DNA from: an uncultured Bacilli bacterium
Lineage (GTDB): Bacteria; Bacillota_I; Bacilli_A; RF39; UBA660
Direction: 5' to 3'
Assembly (NCBI GenBank): GCA_947588975.1
Contig: CANQAF010000002.1
Location: 1 to 44,018 of the forward strand
Length of the DNA: 44,018 nt
This document shows positions 8,412 through 17,622 of this stretch, one piece after another. Position numbers and translations under genes: made by a program. Numbering within the stretch: the stretch's first letter is position 1; every line of letters starts with the position of its first letter. The notes below the pieces were generated by a model. That model had not been told where the DNA came from, made no database searches, and saw nothing but the letters and a program-made list of their open reading frames with translations.

Positions 8412-8975
8412 ATGAATAAAAAAAGAGGTTTTACATTAATTGAAGTTGCGGTTACTTTCAGTTTGATCTCCGTAATTGTGATATTATTATTTCAAATTAT
8501 TATTTCTCTTCGTGAAGTTTATATTAAAGGAGATTTACAAACTACATTATTAAGTAGACAAGGCATCTTAACGAAAAAAATAAATGATGATTTTCAAAAT
8601 TTAAAGTTGAAGTCCATTACTAGTTGTGGTAAATTCTGTATTACAATAACCTATATGGATAATAGCGCATATAACTTATCTCTTGATATTGATAAGAATC
8701 AAATTAAATATCATGATTATACGTGGCAACTTCCGGAAGGTTCAAGTATTGGTACAGTAGAAACACAAGTTGTTACGGATACAACATCTACAGGATCAAC
8801 CTATAATTCTATTTTATTAATTAATATACCTGTTACTCATAAATTGTTAGAACAAGATTATGGAATACGTATTCTTTATCAATTTTCAAATGGATCAGTA
8901 TCCATCCCAACTAGTATTCCAAAACCAACAGATGTTACAAATGAACAACATCAAAAATATAGTTTTTTTAGATAA
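8412..8975 (+). CDS. Prepilin-type N-terminal cleavage/methylation domain protein (minor pilin or pseudopilin)
   Basis: MNKKRG|FTLIEVAVTFSLI has the class III signal with Glu+5. It starts 13 nt after the preceding pilin gene. Confidence 0.8.
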   Translation: MNKKRGFTLIEVAVTFSLISVIVILLFQIIISLREVYIKGDLQTTLLSRQGILTKKINDDFQNLKLKSITSCGKFCITITYMDNSAYNLSLDIDKNQIKYHDYTWQLPEGSSIGTVETQVVTDTTSTGSTYNSILLINIPVTHKLLEQDYGIRILYQFSNGSVSIPTSIPKPTDVTNEQHQKYSFFR

Positions 8976-9948
8976 GTGATGTCCAAATAGGGAATATTAA
9001 ATAGACCAAAATACCTGCAAACGCACTATGTAAAATACGTGCTGTTAAAAATGGCAGGTATTTTATTTTAGTATCACTTAAAATACTAATCACTTGCATA
9101 TGCACACTTAATCCACCAAACGATAAAATCATTGCGGTTAATACACTTTTTACTTTTAAAGAAATATTTAACATACTAATATATTTTAATCCTTGTGTCA
9201 TTTCAATAAAACCATTTAAAGTACTTTGATATAAAGGACTGAGTGTTAGATTATGATCAATAATAGTAGTTAATACCAAAAACATTGTAACTGTTCCCAA
9301 AATGAGTAATAATGTTTGAATACTATGTGTTAATGCATTTGTAATCATCTGTCCAAAACTATTTTCATTTTTTATTCTTTTATCATGCATTTTTAGAATA
9401 GCGCGTTTTAGTGAGACTTTGTCATTAGATTTCTCACTACGACAGTATCCACGAAAAATGAGACCAATGATGATATTAGATATATAGTGACATATTAGAA
9501 TCAAAAATCCGACTTCTTTATTTTTTAAAAAAAGAAGGGATACTGTTCCTAAAATAAATAATGGGTTTGAAAAATGCGTAAAGGTAAGAATTTTTGTTGC
9601 TTCATCCTCCGATAACATTCCTTTTTGATACAGTTCTCTAGTATATTTTGCGTTACTTGGAAATCCAGAAACCAAACTCATAAAAAAAATAAATGAAGCA
9701 TTTCCATTCATACAAAATAATTTAGACATAAAAGGTCGAAATAATTCAGAAATAAATTCTACAAATCCATAATGAATTAAAATTTCTGATAGAACAAAAA
9801 AAGGAAATAATGAGGGAAAAATATTGTTTTGCCAAATTTGAAATGAAAAAGTAACAGATTCCATAATCGATTTAGATTCGGTTAAAATCTCAAATACAAT
9901 AAATAAAAGTAATATTAATATAAAAACACTATAACCAATTTTTTTCAT
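8968..9948 (-). CDS. ylbJ: Sporulation integral membrane protein YlbJ-like (nucleoside-recognition/Gate domain)
   Basis: Polytopic membrane protein. The N-terminal block SFQIWQNNIFPSLFPFFVLSEIL is typical of YlbJ. Confidence 0.7.
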   Translation of the reverse strand: MKKIGYSVFILILLLFIVFEILTESKSIMESVTFSFQIWQNNIFPSLFPFFVLSEILIHYGFVEFISELFRPFMSKLFCMNGNASFIFFMSLVSGFPSNAKYTRELYQKGMLSEDEATKILTFTHFSNPLFILGTVSLLFLKNKEVGFLILICHYISNIIIGLIFRGYCRSEKSNDKVSLKRAILKMHDKRIKNENSFGQMITNALTHSIQTLLLILGTVTMFLVLTTIIDHNLTLSPLYQSTLNGFIEMTQGLKYISMLNISLKVKSVLTAMILSFGGLSVHMQVISILSDTKIKYLPFLTARILHSAFAGILVYLIFPIWTSLI

Positions 9949-10030
9949 GTTCTCACCAACTTTTTTCTGATTTAATTATATGATATAATAAATACAATAG
10001 TCATAAAATAAATAGAAAGGAAAATAAAAT

Positions 10031-11050
10031 ATGGTAAAACAACTTATTCAAAAAATAAAACAAATACTACAAGAACATATACGTTTCATTCTTCTATTCT
10101 TTTTCTTGTTGATTGTTTGTACTTATCAATTCCCATATTATATTGAAGCTCCTGGTGGAACGATAGATATTTCTTCCCGTGTTGATGTTGAAGATGGTTA
10201 TACATCTACTGGGAGTTTTCACATGGCGTATGTAAGAGAGCTTTCTGCTACCATTCCTACCTTAATTTTGGCAAAATTGAAACGTGATTGGGATATTATT
10301 CCAAAAAAAGCTACAATTCCTAGCAATGAAGAGGAAAGTGATGTTTATTTTAGAGATCATTTGTTATTAGAAGAAGCAAATCAAATTGCAACTATTGTTG
10401 CTTTTAAAAAAGCCAATAAAGATTTAGAATATACGAATACACAATTATATATCACTTATGTAGACGAAATTGTAAATGCTGATTTAAAAGTAGGGGATGA
10501 AATTTTAAAAATTGATGGAAAAACAGTACATAGTAAAGAAGAAATGGGTAATTTACTACAATCATATGCTATCGGTAGTACAATTCCTTTTACTATTTTA
10601 CGAGATAAAAAACAAATGATAATATCCGCCAATATGATCAAATACGATGAAAATCGCAAAGCAATTGGAATTATGGTAACTGAAAAACAAGAAATTAAAA
10701 CCAATCCAGAAGTTTTATTCCATTTTAAATCTTCAGAATCTGGATCCTCTGGGGGATTGATGATGACACTTGCTATTTATAATGCACTCATTCCAGAAGA
10801 CATCACCCATGGAAAGAAAATTGTGGGAACAGGTACAATTGATAAAGATGGAAACGTTGGAACAATTAGTGGTATCAAATATAAATTAAAAGGTGCTATA
10901 TCTCAAAAAGCAGAAATATTTTTTGTTCCAAACGGAGAAAATTATGAAGAAGCGATTCGTCTTAAAAACGAAAATAATTATAAAATTGAAGTAATAGGGG
11001 TTAGTACATTTGAAGAAGCTGTCGATTATTTAAATCATATTACAAAATAA
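10031..11050 (+). CDS. YlbL/SepM-type PDZ plus Lon-like (S16) serine protease
   Basis: N-terminal TM helix, PDZ segment (LKVGDEILKIDGKTV) and a Lon-C-like domain with SSGGLMMTLAIYNAL and GTGTIDKDGNVGTISGIKYKL. Confidence 0.75.
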   Translation: MVKQLIQKIKQILQEHIRFILLFFFLLIVCTYQFPYYIEAPGGTIDISSRVDVEDGYTSTGSFHMAYVRELSATIPTLILAKLKRDWDIIPKKATIPSNEEESDVYFRDHLLLEEANQIATIVAFKKANKDLEYTNTQLYITYVDEIVNADLKVGDEILKIDGKTVHSKEEMGNLLQSYAIGSTIPFTILRDKKQMIISANMIKYDENRKAIGIMVTEKQEIKTNPEVLFHFKSSESGSSGGLMMTLAIYNALIPEDITHGKKIVGTGTIDKDGNVGTISGIKYKLKGAISQKAEIFFVPNGENYEEAIRLKNENNYKIEVIGVSTFEEAVDYLNHITK

Positions 11051-11072
11051 AAAAACGAATTTTCGTTTTTTA
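11051..11072. terminator. Bidirectional terminator
   Basis: AACGAA-TT-TTCGTT flanked by an A-run and a T-run, between convergent genes. Confidence 0.55.
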
Positions 11073-11978
11073 TTTTGCTTCTAAATAAATTGAAGAATCA
11101 AATGTGTGTTCTGTTCTATCTAATTGTTTTAAAGTATCTGTCGAAATCAAGAAGAAATTATAATTCATTTTAGACTTAACAGGATCATCCCATGTTAAGT
11201 CTAAATGTTTCCATGCACCATCTACATAAACAAAATTCCATATATGATTATCACTTGCAATTTTATAATTTGGAAGACCCATTTTATCTAAAAATAGTGC
11301 CATTGCATCTGTATAGCCACCACAAACTGCTTCCCCTGTAAATAAAGGTCCGTAAGCAGTACTAGAAGTTGTGACATAAAATGGATTGGAAGTATCGATA
11401 TATTCCGATCTATTTTGATCATAAACAGTATTTTCAATAATGTAGTCATGAATCGTACGAATTTTTTCTTCATCTGTCATATTAGGAGAAATCAGTTCTT
11501 CATATAATTGATTTACTTTGGTTTCTATCTCCAATTTTTGATCTTCTGTATATGTATGTTCAAACTGAACATGAACTCTACCTAATACATTCATATTTAC
11601 ATATATACGATGATAACTATTCAATGTTGTTACTAAATTATTGATATTTGATAAAATATAGTTATCATTTGTTAGTATCTGCATATCATCTAAACATTCT
11701 TTATAGGTTTCATCACAATAAAAGGTAAATTCTTCTAAACCATTATCTAATGCTGTATAAAATAAATTCAATAAATCCTGTCTGTTTTTTGGATAAAAAT
11801 CATTTGTTTTTTGGACAAATAACCAATCTTGATCTTTCGCATACATACTATTTTCTGGCATAAATAATTGATCTTTATAAATCACATGAATCATTAAAAA
11901 TTGAATGATAGGAGTATGATATAAAAATATTAAATATATCACTCCAAGCAATATGATAGTAGATAGAAGTTTTTTCAT
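11070..11978 (-). CDS. Transglutaminase-like superfamily protein, membrane-anchored
   Basis: Cys-His-Asp core GEAVCGGYTDAMALFL...NHIWNFVYVDGAWKHLDLTWDDP. N-terminal hydrophobic anchor. Confidence 0.7.
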   Translation of the reverse strand: MKKLLSTIILLGVIYLIFLYHTPIIQFLMIHVIYKDQLFMPENSMYAKDQDWLFVQKTNDFYPKNRQDLLNLFYTALDNGLEEFTFYCDETYKECLDDMQILTNDNYILSNINNLVTTLNSYHRIYVNMNVLGRVHVQFEHTYTEDQKLEIETKVNQLYEELISPNMTDEEKIRTIHDYIIENTVYDQNRSEYIDTSNPFYVTTSSTAYGPLFTGEAVCGGYTDAMALFLDKMGLPNYKIASDNHIWNFVYVDGAWKHLDLTWDDPVKSKMNYNFFLISTDTLKQLDRTEHTFDSSIYLEAK

Positions 11979-12042
11979 AGCATCACCTTAATATTACTAT
12001 ATCATGAAATGTTTATTTTTGAAATAAAAAAGAAGTAAAAAA

Positions 12043-12306
12043 TTACTCCATTGAATTCACTTTAATTGTTAAACGTGATTTATTACGAGCTACATAGTTT
12101 GCAGTAATAACACCAGCTGCACATGCCTTATCAATTTTTTTGATCGCTACTTGCAATGCTTCTTGTGCTTTTACTTTATCTTTAGAAGCAATAGCTTTTT
12201 CTACATTTTTTATAGCAGTTTTCATACTAGCTTTAAAATCATTATTACTTACTTTTCTTTTAGCAATTGTTTTCACAGCTTTTTTAGCATTTTTCATATT
12301 TGGCAT
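12043..12306 (-). CDS. rpsT: 30S ribosomal protein S20
   Basis: MPNMKNAKKAVKTIAKRKVSNNDFKASMKTAIK is the typical S20 N-terminus. The product is 87 aa and basic. GGAGGTGAG RBS. Confidence 0.9.
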   Translation of the reverse strand: MPNMKNAKKAVKTIAKRKVSNNDFKASMKTAIKNVEKAIASKDKVKAQEALQVAIKKIDKACAAGVITANYVARNKSRLTIKVNSME

Positions 12307-12411
12307 AATCTCACCTCCATGTCATCTCTAATCTATTCTATTCTAACAAATATTAGAAAAAAAAGCAATAAAAAGTAACAATTTGGGTAAAAATATAATT
12401 AGGTGATATAA

Positions 12412-13446
12412 ATGAATCATGAAATTGATTTAAGCAAGTATCAAATTCGTACCGATTTAGTCTTAGAAACAATCGAAAATCAAATAGAAAATAATGGATT
12501 TGAAAAAACAACTTATAAAGAGAATGATATTCAAGTGACACAAGTTACATTAGATGAAAAAAGTGCACATATGATTGATAAAAAAGTAGGAGATTATATT
12601 ACAATTGAATTTCAGGATATTACAGATTTTCATAATCGAGAAAATGTCAAAACAATTGTTACCAAAGAATTACAATCATTATTGAAAAAGGCCAATGTGA
12701 AAAAAGAAGATCGTTGTTTGGTCATTGGACTTGGAAATAAAAAATCAACTCCTGATGCATTAGGTCCTTGTACAATTGATCATATTTTAGTAACCAATCA
12801 TTTATTTTTACTGGATACTCCGGAAGATGGATTTCGCCAAGTTTGTGCGATATCACCTGGTGTCATGGGCGAAACTGGAATTGAAACTAGTGATATAATT
12901 TATAGTGTGATTCAAACGACAAAACCAGACTTTGTAATTGCTATTGATGCATTAGCTAGTCAAGCAATATCACGCGTTAATAAAACAATCCAAATGAGTA
13001 ATACAGGAATTCATCCAGGAAGTGGAGTAGGTAACAATCGAAAAGAAATTAGCCAAGAGACATTAGGAATACCTGTTATTGCAATAGGAGTCCCAACAGT
13101 AGTGGACGCTGTAACAATTGTTAGTGATACGATAAAATATCTACATAAATTTTATGCCTTTCAAAAAGATTTTATCAATCATCCAATGCGAAAAATGATC
13201 TATGATGGTCATATTAATTATTTAAACAAAGAAGTAGAATTAAATGAAAATGATAAAAAAGAATTATTTGGTATTATGGGACATTTTACTGAGGAAGAAA
13301 CTAAAACACTTATTAATGAGGTATTAACACCGATTGGTTATAATTTAATGATCACTCCTAAAGAGATTGACTTTGTAATTCAACACTTAAGTGATATCAT
13401 CGGTAATGGAATTAATCAAGCTCTACATGAAAAAGTAACACATTAA
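12412..13446 (+). CDS. gpr: GPR endopeptidase (spore germination protease)
   Basis: VIGLGNKKSTPDALGP, IAIDALAS and NTGIHPGSGVGN motifs. The rpsT-gpr neighbourhood matches Bacillus. Confidence 0.9.
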   Translation: MNHEIDLSKYQIRTDLVLETIENQIENNGFEKTTYKENDIQVTQVTLDEKSAHMIDKKVGDYITIEFQDITDFHNRENVKTIVTKELQSLLKKANVKKEDRCLVIGLGNKKSTPDALGPCTIDHILVTNHLFLLDTPEDGFRQVCAISPGVMGETGIETSDIIYSVIQTTKPDFVIAIDALASQAISRVNKTIQMSNTGIHPGSGVGNNRKEISQETLGIPVIAIGVPTVVDAVTIVSDTIKYLHKFYAFQKDFINHPMRKMIYDGHINYLNKEVELNENDKKELFGIMGHFTEEETKTLINEVLTPIGYNLMITPKEIDFVIQHLSDIIGNGINQALHEKVTH

Positions 13447-13457
13447 AAAAACCAACA

Positions 13458-13562
13458 TTAGTTGGTATACATTAAAATAGAAGACAAATACATTCCTACC
13501 ATTGCAATTAATAAAATAATCGCAACAATTCTTTGAACATTTACTTTCTTTTTCTTTTTCAT
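13458..13562 (-). CDS. Candidate 34-aa single-pass membrane micro-protein (below the ORF-track size cutoff)
   Basis: Hand translation gives MKKKKKVNVQRIVAIILLIAMVGMYLSSILMYTN*. GAGGTGA lies 7 nt upstream of the ATG, and an extended -10 TGTATAAT lies about 20 nt further upstream on the minus strand. The stop is embedded in the ACCAAC-ATTA-GTTGGT hairpin. Confidence 0.4.
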   Translation of the reverse strand: MKKKKKVNVQRIVAIILLIAMVGMYLSSILMYTN

Positions 13563-13659
13563 TCGGATTTCACCTCAACTGTATTCATTATACAATAAAT
13601 CACTTTAAATTGGAATATTTTTAAAAAAAATTCATATCTTTGATTAGAGGTGGCAAGAT

Positions 13660-14283
13660 ATGAAGAAATTATTGGACAAGTTAAAACAAAAGTTATACGC
13701 AAATAAAAGGCTAGTATTATTTTTATGTGGAATTTCGCTAGTTGGATTAATTTTTGGATCTCTTTTCATCACTATTATTTCTAATTCCGATAAAGATTTA
13801 ATTCAAACTTATATTGCAGCTTTTATAAACAATATTCAAAATAATCAATTAAATTATGTAGAAAGTATGAAAAATACACTCATTTCCAATTTCAGTTTTA
13901 TTATTGTAATATGGTTACTTGGAATTTCTATAATTGGAATTCCAATTATAGTATTTATGTATTTTACAAAGTCATTTATGATTGGTTTTTCGGTCGCATC
14001 TTTTCTTTTAAAATTTAAGTTCAAAGGATTACTATATGCAATCATTTATATATTTCCTCATCATTTAATCAATTTAATTCTTTTTACATTATTAATGGTA
14101 TATTCAATGAAATTTTCTTATTATTTAGGTACTTCTATTTTGAAAAGAAAAACGATTTATTTTAAGAATTTAATGAATCCTTATTTAGGTGTTTTAATTA
14201 TTGTCATAATAGGAATAATTGCTACTTGTTCCTATGAAGTATTTATTGTTCCATATTTATTAAAATATATCATTTCGGTATAA
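13660..14283 (+). CDS. spoIIM: Stage II sporulation protein M
   Basis: About 207 aa with 5 TM segments. The N-terminus (K...LVLFLCGISLVGLIFGSLF) and topology are typical of SpoIIM. GAGGTGG RBS. Confidence 0.8.
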   Translation: MKKLLDKLKQKLYANKRLVLFLCGISLVGLIFGSLFITIISNSDKDLIQTYIAAFINNIQNNQLNYVESMKNTLISNFSFIIVIWLLGISIIGIPIIVFMYFTKSFMIGFSVASFLLKFKFKGLLYAIIYIFPHHLINLILFTLLMVYSMKFSYYLGTSILKRKTIYFKNLMNPYLGVLIIVIIGIIATCSYEVFIVPYLLKYIISV

Positions 14284-14359
14284 TCAACGATATAACATCG
14301 TTTTTTTTATTATTTATTAGAAACTATGGTATAATACTAAATAGAAATTGGTGATGTTG

Positions 14360-15463
14360 ATGAAAAAAGTTGTTATTGGAATGAGTGGTGGAGTAGATAG
14401 TAGTGTTGCTGCTATTTTATTAAAACAACAAGGATATGATGTTATAGGTTTATTTATGCGTAATTGGGATAGTAGCGTCAATAATGATATTTTAGGGAAT
14501 CCAACTTTACAAAATGATATTTGTCCACAAGAACAAGATTATAATGATGCATTAGCGGTTTGTCAAAAATTGGAAATACCTTTACATCGTGTTGATTTTG
14601 TAAAAGAATATTGGGATTATGTTTTTACATATTTTTTAGATGAACTCAAAAAAGGTAGAACACCTAATCCAGATATCATGTGTAACAAATATATTAAATT
14701 TGATATGTTTGCAAAAAAAGCAAGAGAATTAGGTGCCGATTATATTGCAACAGGTCATTATGCGCGTATGCAAGATGGTAAATTACTTCGTGGAGTGGAT
14801 CGAAATAAAGATCAAACTTATTTCCTTTCACAATTATCAAAAGAGCAATTACAAGATGTTTTATTTCCAATAGGAGATTTAGAAAAAACAGAGGTCAGAA
14901 AAATAGCGTTAGAATATGATTTGATTACAGCCAAAAAGAAAGATTCAACTGGTATTTGTTTTATTGGAGAACGTAATTTTACTAATTTTCTAAAAAATTA
15001 TTTACCTAATTTACCTGGTAAAATCATTAATATTGAAACCAATCAAGAAGTAGGGGAACATATTGGGTTGATGTATTATACAATTGGTCAAAGAAGAGGA
15101 CTTCATTTAGGTGGAAATGACAACAGATTTTTCGCAGTAGGAAAAGATTTAAAACAGAATATATTATATGTTGCTGAAGGAGAGGAAAATCCTTATTTAT
15201 ATAGTGACTCCTGCATAGTGGAAATGGTTAATTGGATAGGTGATCGGGTATCTGATTGCACTGCAAAATTTCGTTATCGTCAACCAGATAATGAAGTGCA
15301 TATTACTCACTTAGAAAATGGTGAACTACTTGTTTCTTATCCTCAAACTGTAAAATCTGTAACACCTGGGCAAGCTTGTGTATTTTACAATAATGAAGAG
15401 TGCCTTGGTGGAGGAATTATTAAAGAAGTTCGAAAAAATGGAAAAAAATTATGGTATTTATAG
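14360..15463 (+). CDS. mnmA: tRNA 2-thiouridine(34) synthase
   Basis: PP-loop VVIGMSGGVDSSVAA plus RTPNPDIMCN, ATGHYAR, KDQTYFL and DSTGICFIGE. ATG at 14360 is preferred over the TTG at 14348. Extended -10 TGGTATAAT upstream. Confidence 0.95.
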   Translation: MKKVVIGMSGGVDSSVAAILLKQQGYDVIGLFMRNWDSSVNNDILGNPTLQNDICPQEQDYNDALAVCQKLEIPLHRVDFVKEYWDYVFTYFLDELKKGRTPNPDIMCNKYIKFDMFAKKARELGADYIATGHYARMQDGKLLRGVDRNKDQTYFLSQLSKEQLQDVLFPIGDLEKTEVRKIALEYDLITAKKKDSTGICFIGERNFTNFLKNYLPNLPGKIINIETNQEVGEHIGLMYYTIGQRRGLHLGGNDNRFFAVGKDLKQNILYVAEGEENPYLYSDSCIVEMVNWIGDRVSDCTAKFRYRQPDNEVHITHLENGELLVSYPQTVKSVTPGQACVFYNNEECLGGGIIKEVRKNGKKLWYL

Positions 15464-15533
15464 TATACTTTTACTTTACACTTGACAATTGACATAAAAA
15501 TTACTACAATGATAGTAGGAGGTTTTATGATAT

Positions 15534-16331
15534 ATGGATAGATTAAATGAAATACTACATGAGTTAGGTATATCGAAAGTAAAACTCGCTAAATTTTTAG
15601 GAGTCTCTAGACAAATGATTTATAATTATCTAGAAATGGATGATATTAATAAATGGCCAAAGGATAAAAAAGTGTTATTGTTAAATCTGTTAGGAATTAA
15701 ATCCGCAGATGAATTAGATCAAATTAAAGTAGATACAGATTATATTTTAAGTGTAGAATCTAGAGTCAATTCTTTATTTGAAAATACAATAAAATCAGAA
15801 GTAATTACAGATACATCTACCATTTACAATGGTTTAGGCAAAAAACAAAAAGAATTACTATCTAATATTATAAATTTATTGAAAGAAAATTTAGAAGATG
15901 ATACAGATAGTAGTAATGGTACATATGATGCTTATTTATATTTATATCATTTTTTGCAAGCCATGGAAACTTCAAAGGAATTAAAATATATTTTAGCGTA
16001 TGTTTCAAAAGCTGCTGGATTTGTAAAGCCATTAGAATATGCTTTTGACGAAGAAGAACAATTCTTATTTGAAAGTATTATGTTTTCCGCTATGACATTA
16101 TATAACGGAGGAAATACTAGAGGTCTTTCTAAAGTAAAAATTGCGGAATCTCATCGTCGTTTCATTAATCAAATTGAACATAAAATGGAAGAAAAGATGA
16201 GTCGTACTTTAGAATTAAATACATTAAAAGTACAAGCTGTAAAAGAATTAGGTTATACCGAAATAAATGAAACAAATGCTGCTGAAGTATTGGAAAAGAT
16301 TGCTGAAATTCAATCACGTAAAGTATCATAA
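15534..16331 (+). CDS. Helix-turn-helix domain protein with an unrecognised C-terminal domain
   Basis: N-terminal HTH LGISKVKLAKFLGVSRQMIYNYL. The remaining 200 aa or so are helical and unrecognised. TTGACA...TACAAT promoter and AGGAGG RBS upstream. Confidence 0.6.
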   Translation: MDRLNEILHELGISKVKLAKFLGVSRQMIYNYLEMDDINKWPKDKKVLLLNLLGIKSADELDQIKVDTDYILSVESRVNSLFENTIKSEVITDTSTIYNGLGKKQKELLSNIINLLKENLEDDTDSSNGTYDAYLYLYHFLQAMETSKELKYILAYVSKAAGFVKPLEYAFDEEEQFLFESIMFSAMTLYNGGNTRGLSKVKIAESHRRFINQIEHKMEEKMSRTLELNTLKVQAVKELGYTEINETNAAEVLEKIAEIQSRKVS

Positions 16332-16355
16332 ACATACAAAATTTGTATGTTTTTT
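16332..16355 (+). terminator. Rho-independent terminator
   Basis: ACATACA-AAATT-TGTATGT followed by TTTTT, immediately after the stop codon. Confidence 0.7.
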
Positions 16356-16893
16356 AATAGGGAAGAGCAACAAATATATAAAATTTATGTATTTTTATAA
16401 CAAATTTCCCCTATTCTAATATATCTATAATTTTTCTTAATCCATGATTCATTATTTAAATATTATATGATGCTAAATGATGTTCAATTGTTGTAATCAA
16501 TTATATTTTTACATTATTCGACTCCCCTTTTATATATTTTAAACTGAGAGAGTAGAAGAGTAGAATGATTATATATTTATTTTATGATGCATTCTGACGC
16601 ATTTATAAATGAAATGATGAACAATTATTCATCTTAATTATTTTAAATTCATTTAAATTTATAATAAAATCGTGATATTGTTAAAAATATTTAAAAAATT
16701 TTATAATTTATTTTTATGTTATGATATGTAATATTTTGTTTAAATTAATAATAAGTAGTTCATGATCTATAAAAAAAAATATATTATAATAAACTGTATA
16801 TATTTAAAATATATTTAAATTTTTATCGTTTATTTGAACTATTATCTTACTTTTCATAATGTATATTATGTTAACTAGTAGGTATTTCTAAAA

Positions 16894-16918
16894 TTAAAAA
16901 AATAGGAATTTACCTATT
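16894..16918 (-). terminator. Rho-independent terminator of the NERD gene
   Basis: On the minus strand, AATAGG-TAAATT-CCTATT followed by a T-run. It overlaps the stop codon. Confidence 0.5.
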
Positions 16919-17476
16919 TAAATGCATATAGAAATATTTTAAATCAATATATAATTTATCAATTTGTTCTAGTGATAATACAATATCTTTTGAATGAATA
17001 TCTTCAATTAAATTTGCCACTAAATCTTTTAAATTCATTACTTTTACTTGTAAATTTGAATTTGACATCGATATTTTTTTCAAAACAGCATTATCTCCAA
17101 ATACAACATATGAATAAATATTGCTAGGATCTAGTTTAATATTATGTACTATATATTCGATATGATATTCGTTTTGTTTAATTGGATTTTCAAAATATAT
17201 TTTTCGTTCAGGAAACCATTCTGTCCAGCTATCATCTGTATCTGATCCATATATCGTTCCATTAAAATTTTTACTTTCAATCACAAAAATTCCAACACAT
17301 GTGATTAATATAATGTCTACTTCTGTATTCTTATTATTTTTATTTAGAATTACGTTTGAGATCATTTTATGATAAATATCAACATTTTCTTCAATAAGAT
17401 TTTTGATATTTTCTTCTCCAATTTTTCCTAATTCTACTTTATAATCACTATAATTTTTTTGATCTGTTTCTGTCAT
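16910..17476 (-). CDS. NERD (nuclease-related domain) protein
   Basis: VDIILITCVGIFVIESKNFNGTIYG...W...ENPIKQNEYHI matches the NERD core (D..li...gv.viE.Kn..G.i.g ... nP..Q...h). Confidence 0.75.
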   Translation of the reverse strand: MTETDQKNYSDYKVELGKIGEENIKNLIEENVDIYHKMISNVILNKNNKNTEVDIILITCVGIFVIESKNFNGTIYGSDTDDSWTEWFPERKIYFENPIKQNEYHIEYIVHNIKLDPSNIYSYVVFGDNAVLKKISMSNSNLQVKVMNLKDLVANLIEDIHSKDIVLSLEQIDKLYIDLKYFYMHLNR

Positions 17477-17622
17477 ATATTATACTCTTCTCTCCCCTAT
17501 TTACAACATACAACATACTACATTTATAGTATATCATAATACTTTAATTTTTTACAAATTTTACCATATTCATTTTTACATAGAAATAAATTTGACGTCA
17601 ATACTATTATTGGGTGATAAAA

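Noticed and set aside
13613-13640. I considered a sigma-E-like promoter upstream of spoIIM (GAATATT-N13-CATATCTT), and a sigma-F/G-like element upstream of gpr (GCAATA-N15-GGTAAAAATA, 12365-12395).
   Set aside because: The -35 matches are good, but the -10 matches are partial. The predicted start sites would fall on or inside the Shine-Dalgarno sequences. I cannot support either call without TSS data.
17477-17613. I considered the short direct repeat ACAACATACAACATAC and promoter-like hexamers in the divergent NERD / micro-protein intergenic region as an operator.
   Set aside because: The repeat is only 7 nt by 2 and is not echoed elsewhere in the window. The promoter hexamer assignments are ambiguous. 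The evidence is insufficient to call a regulatory site.
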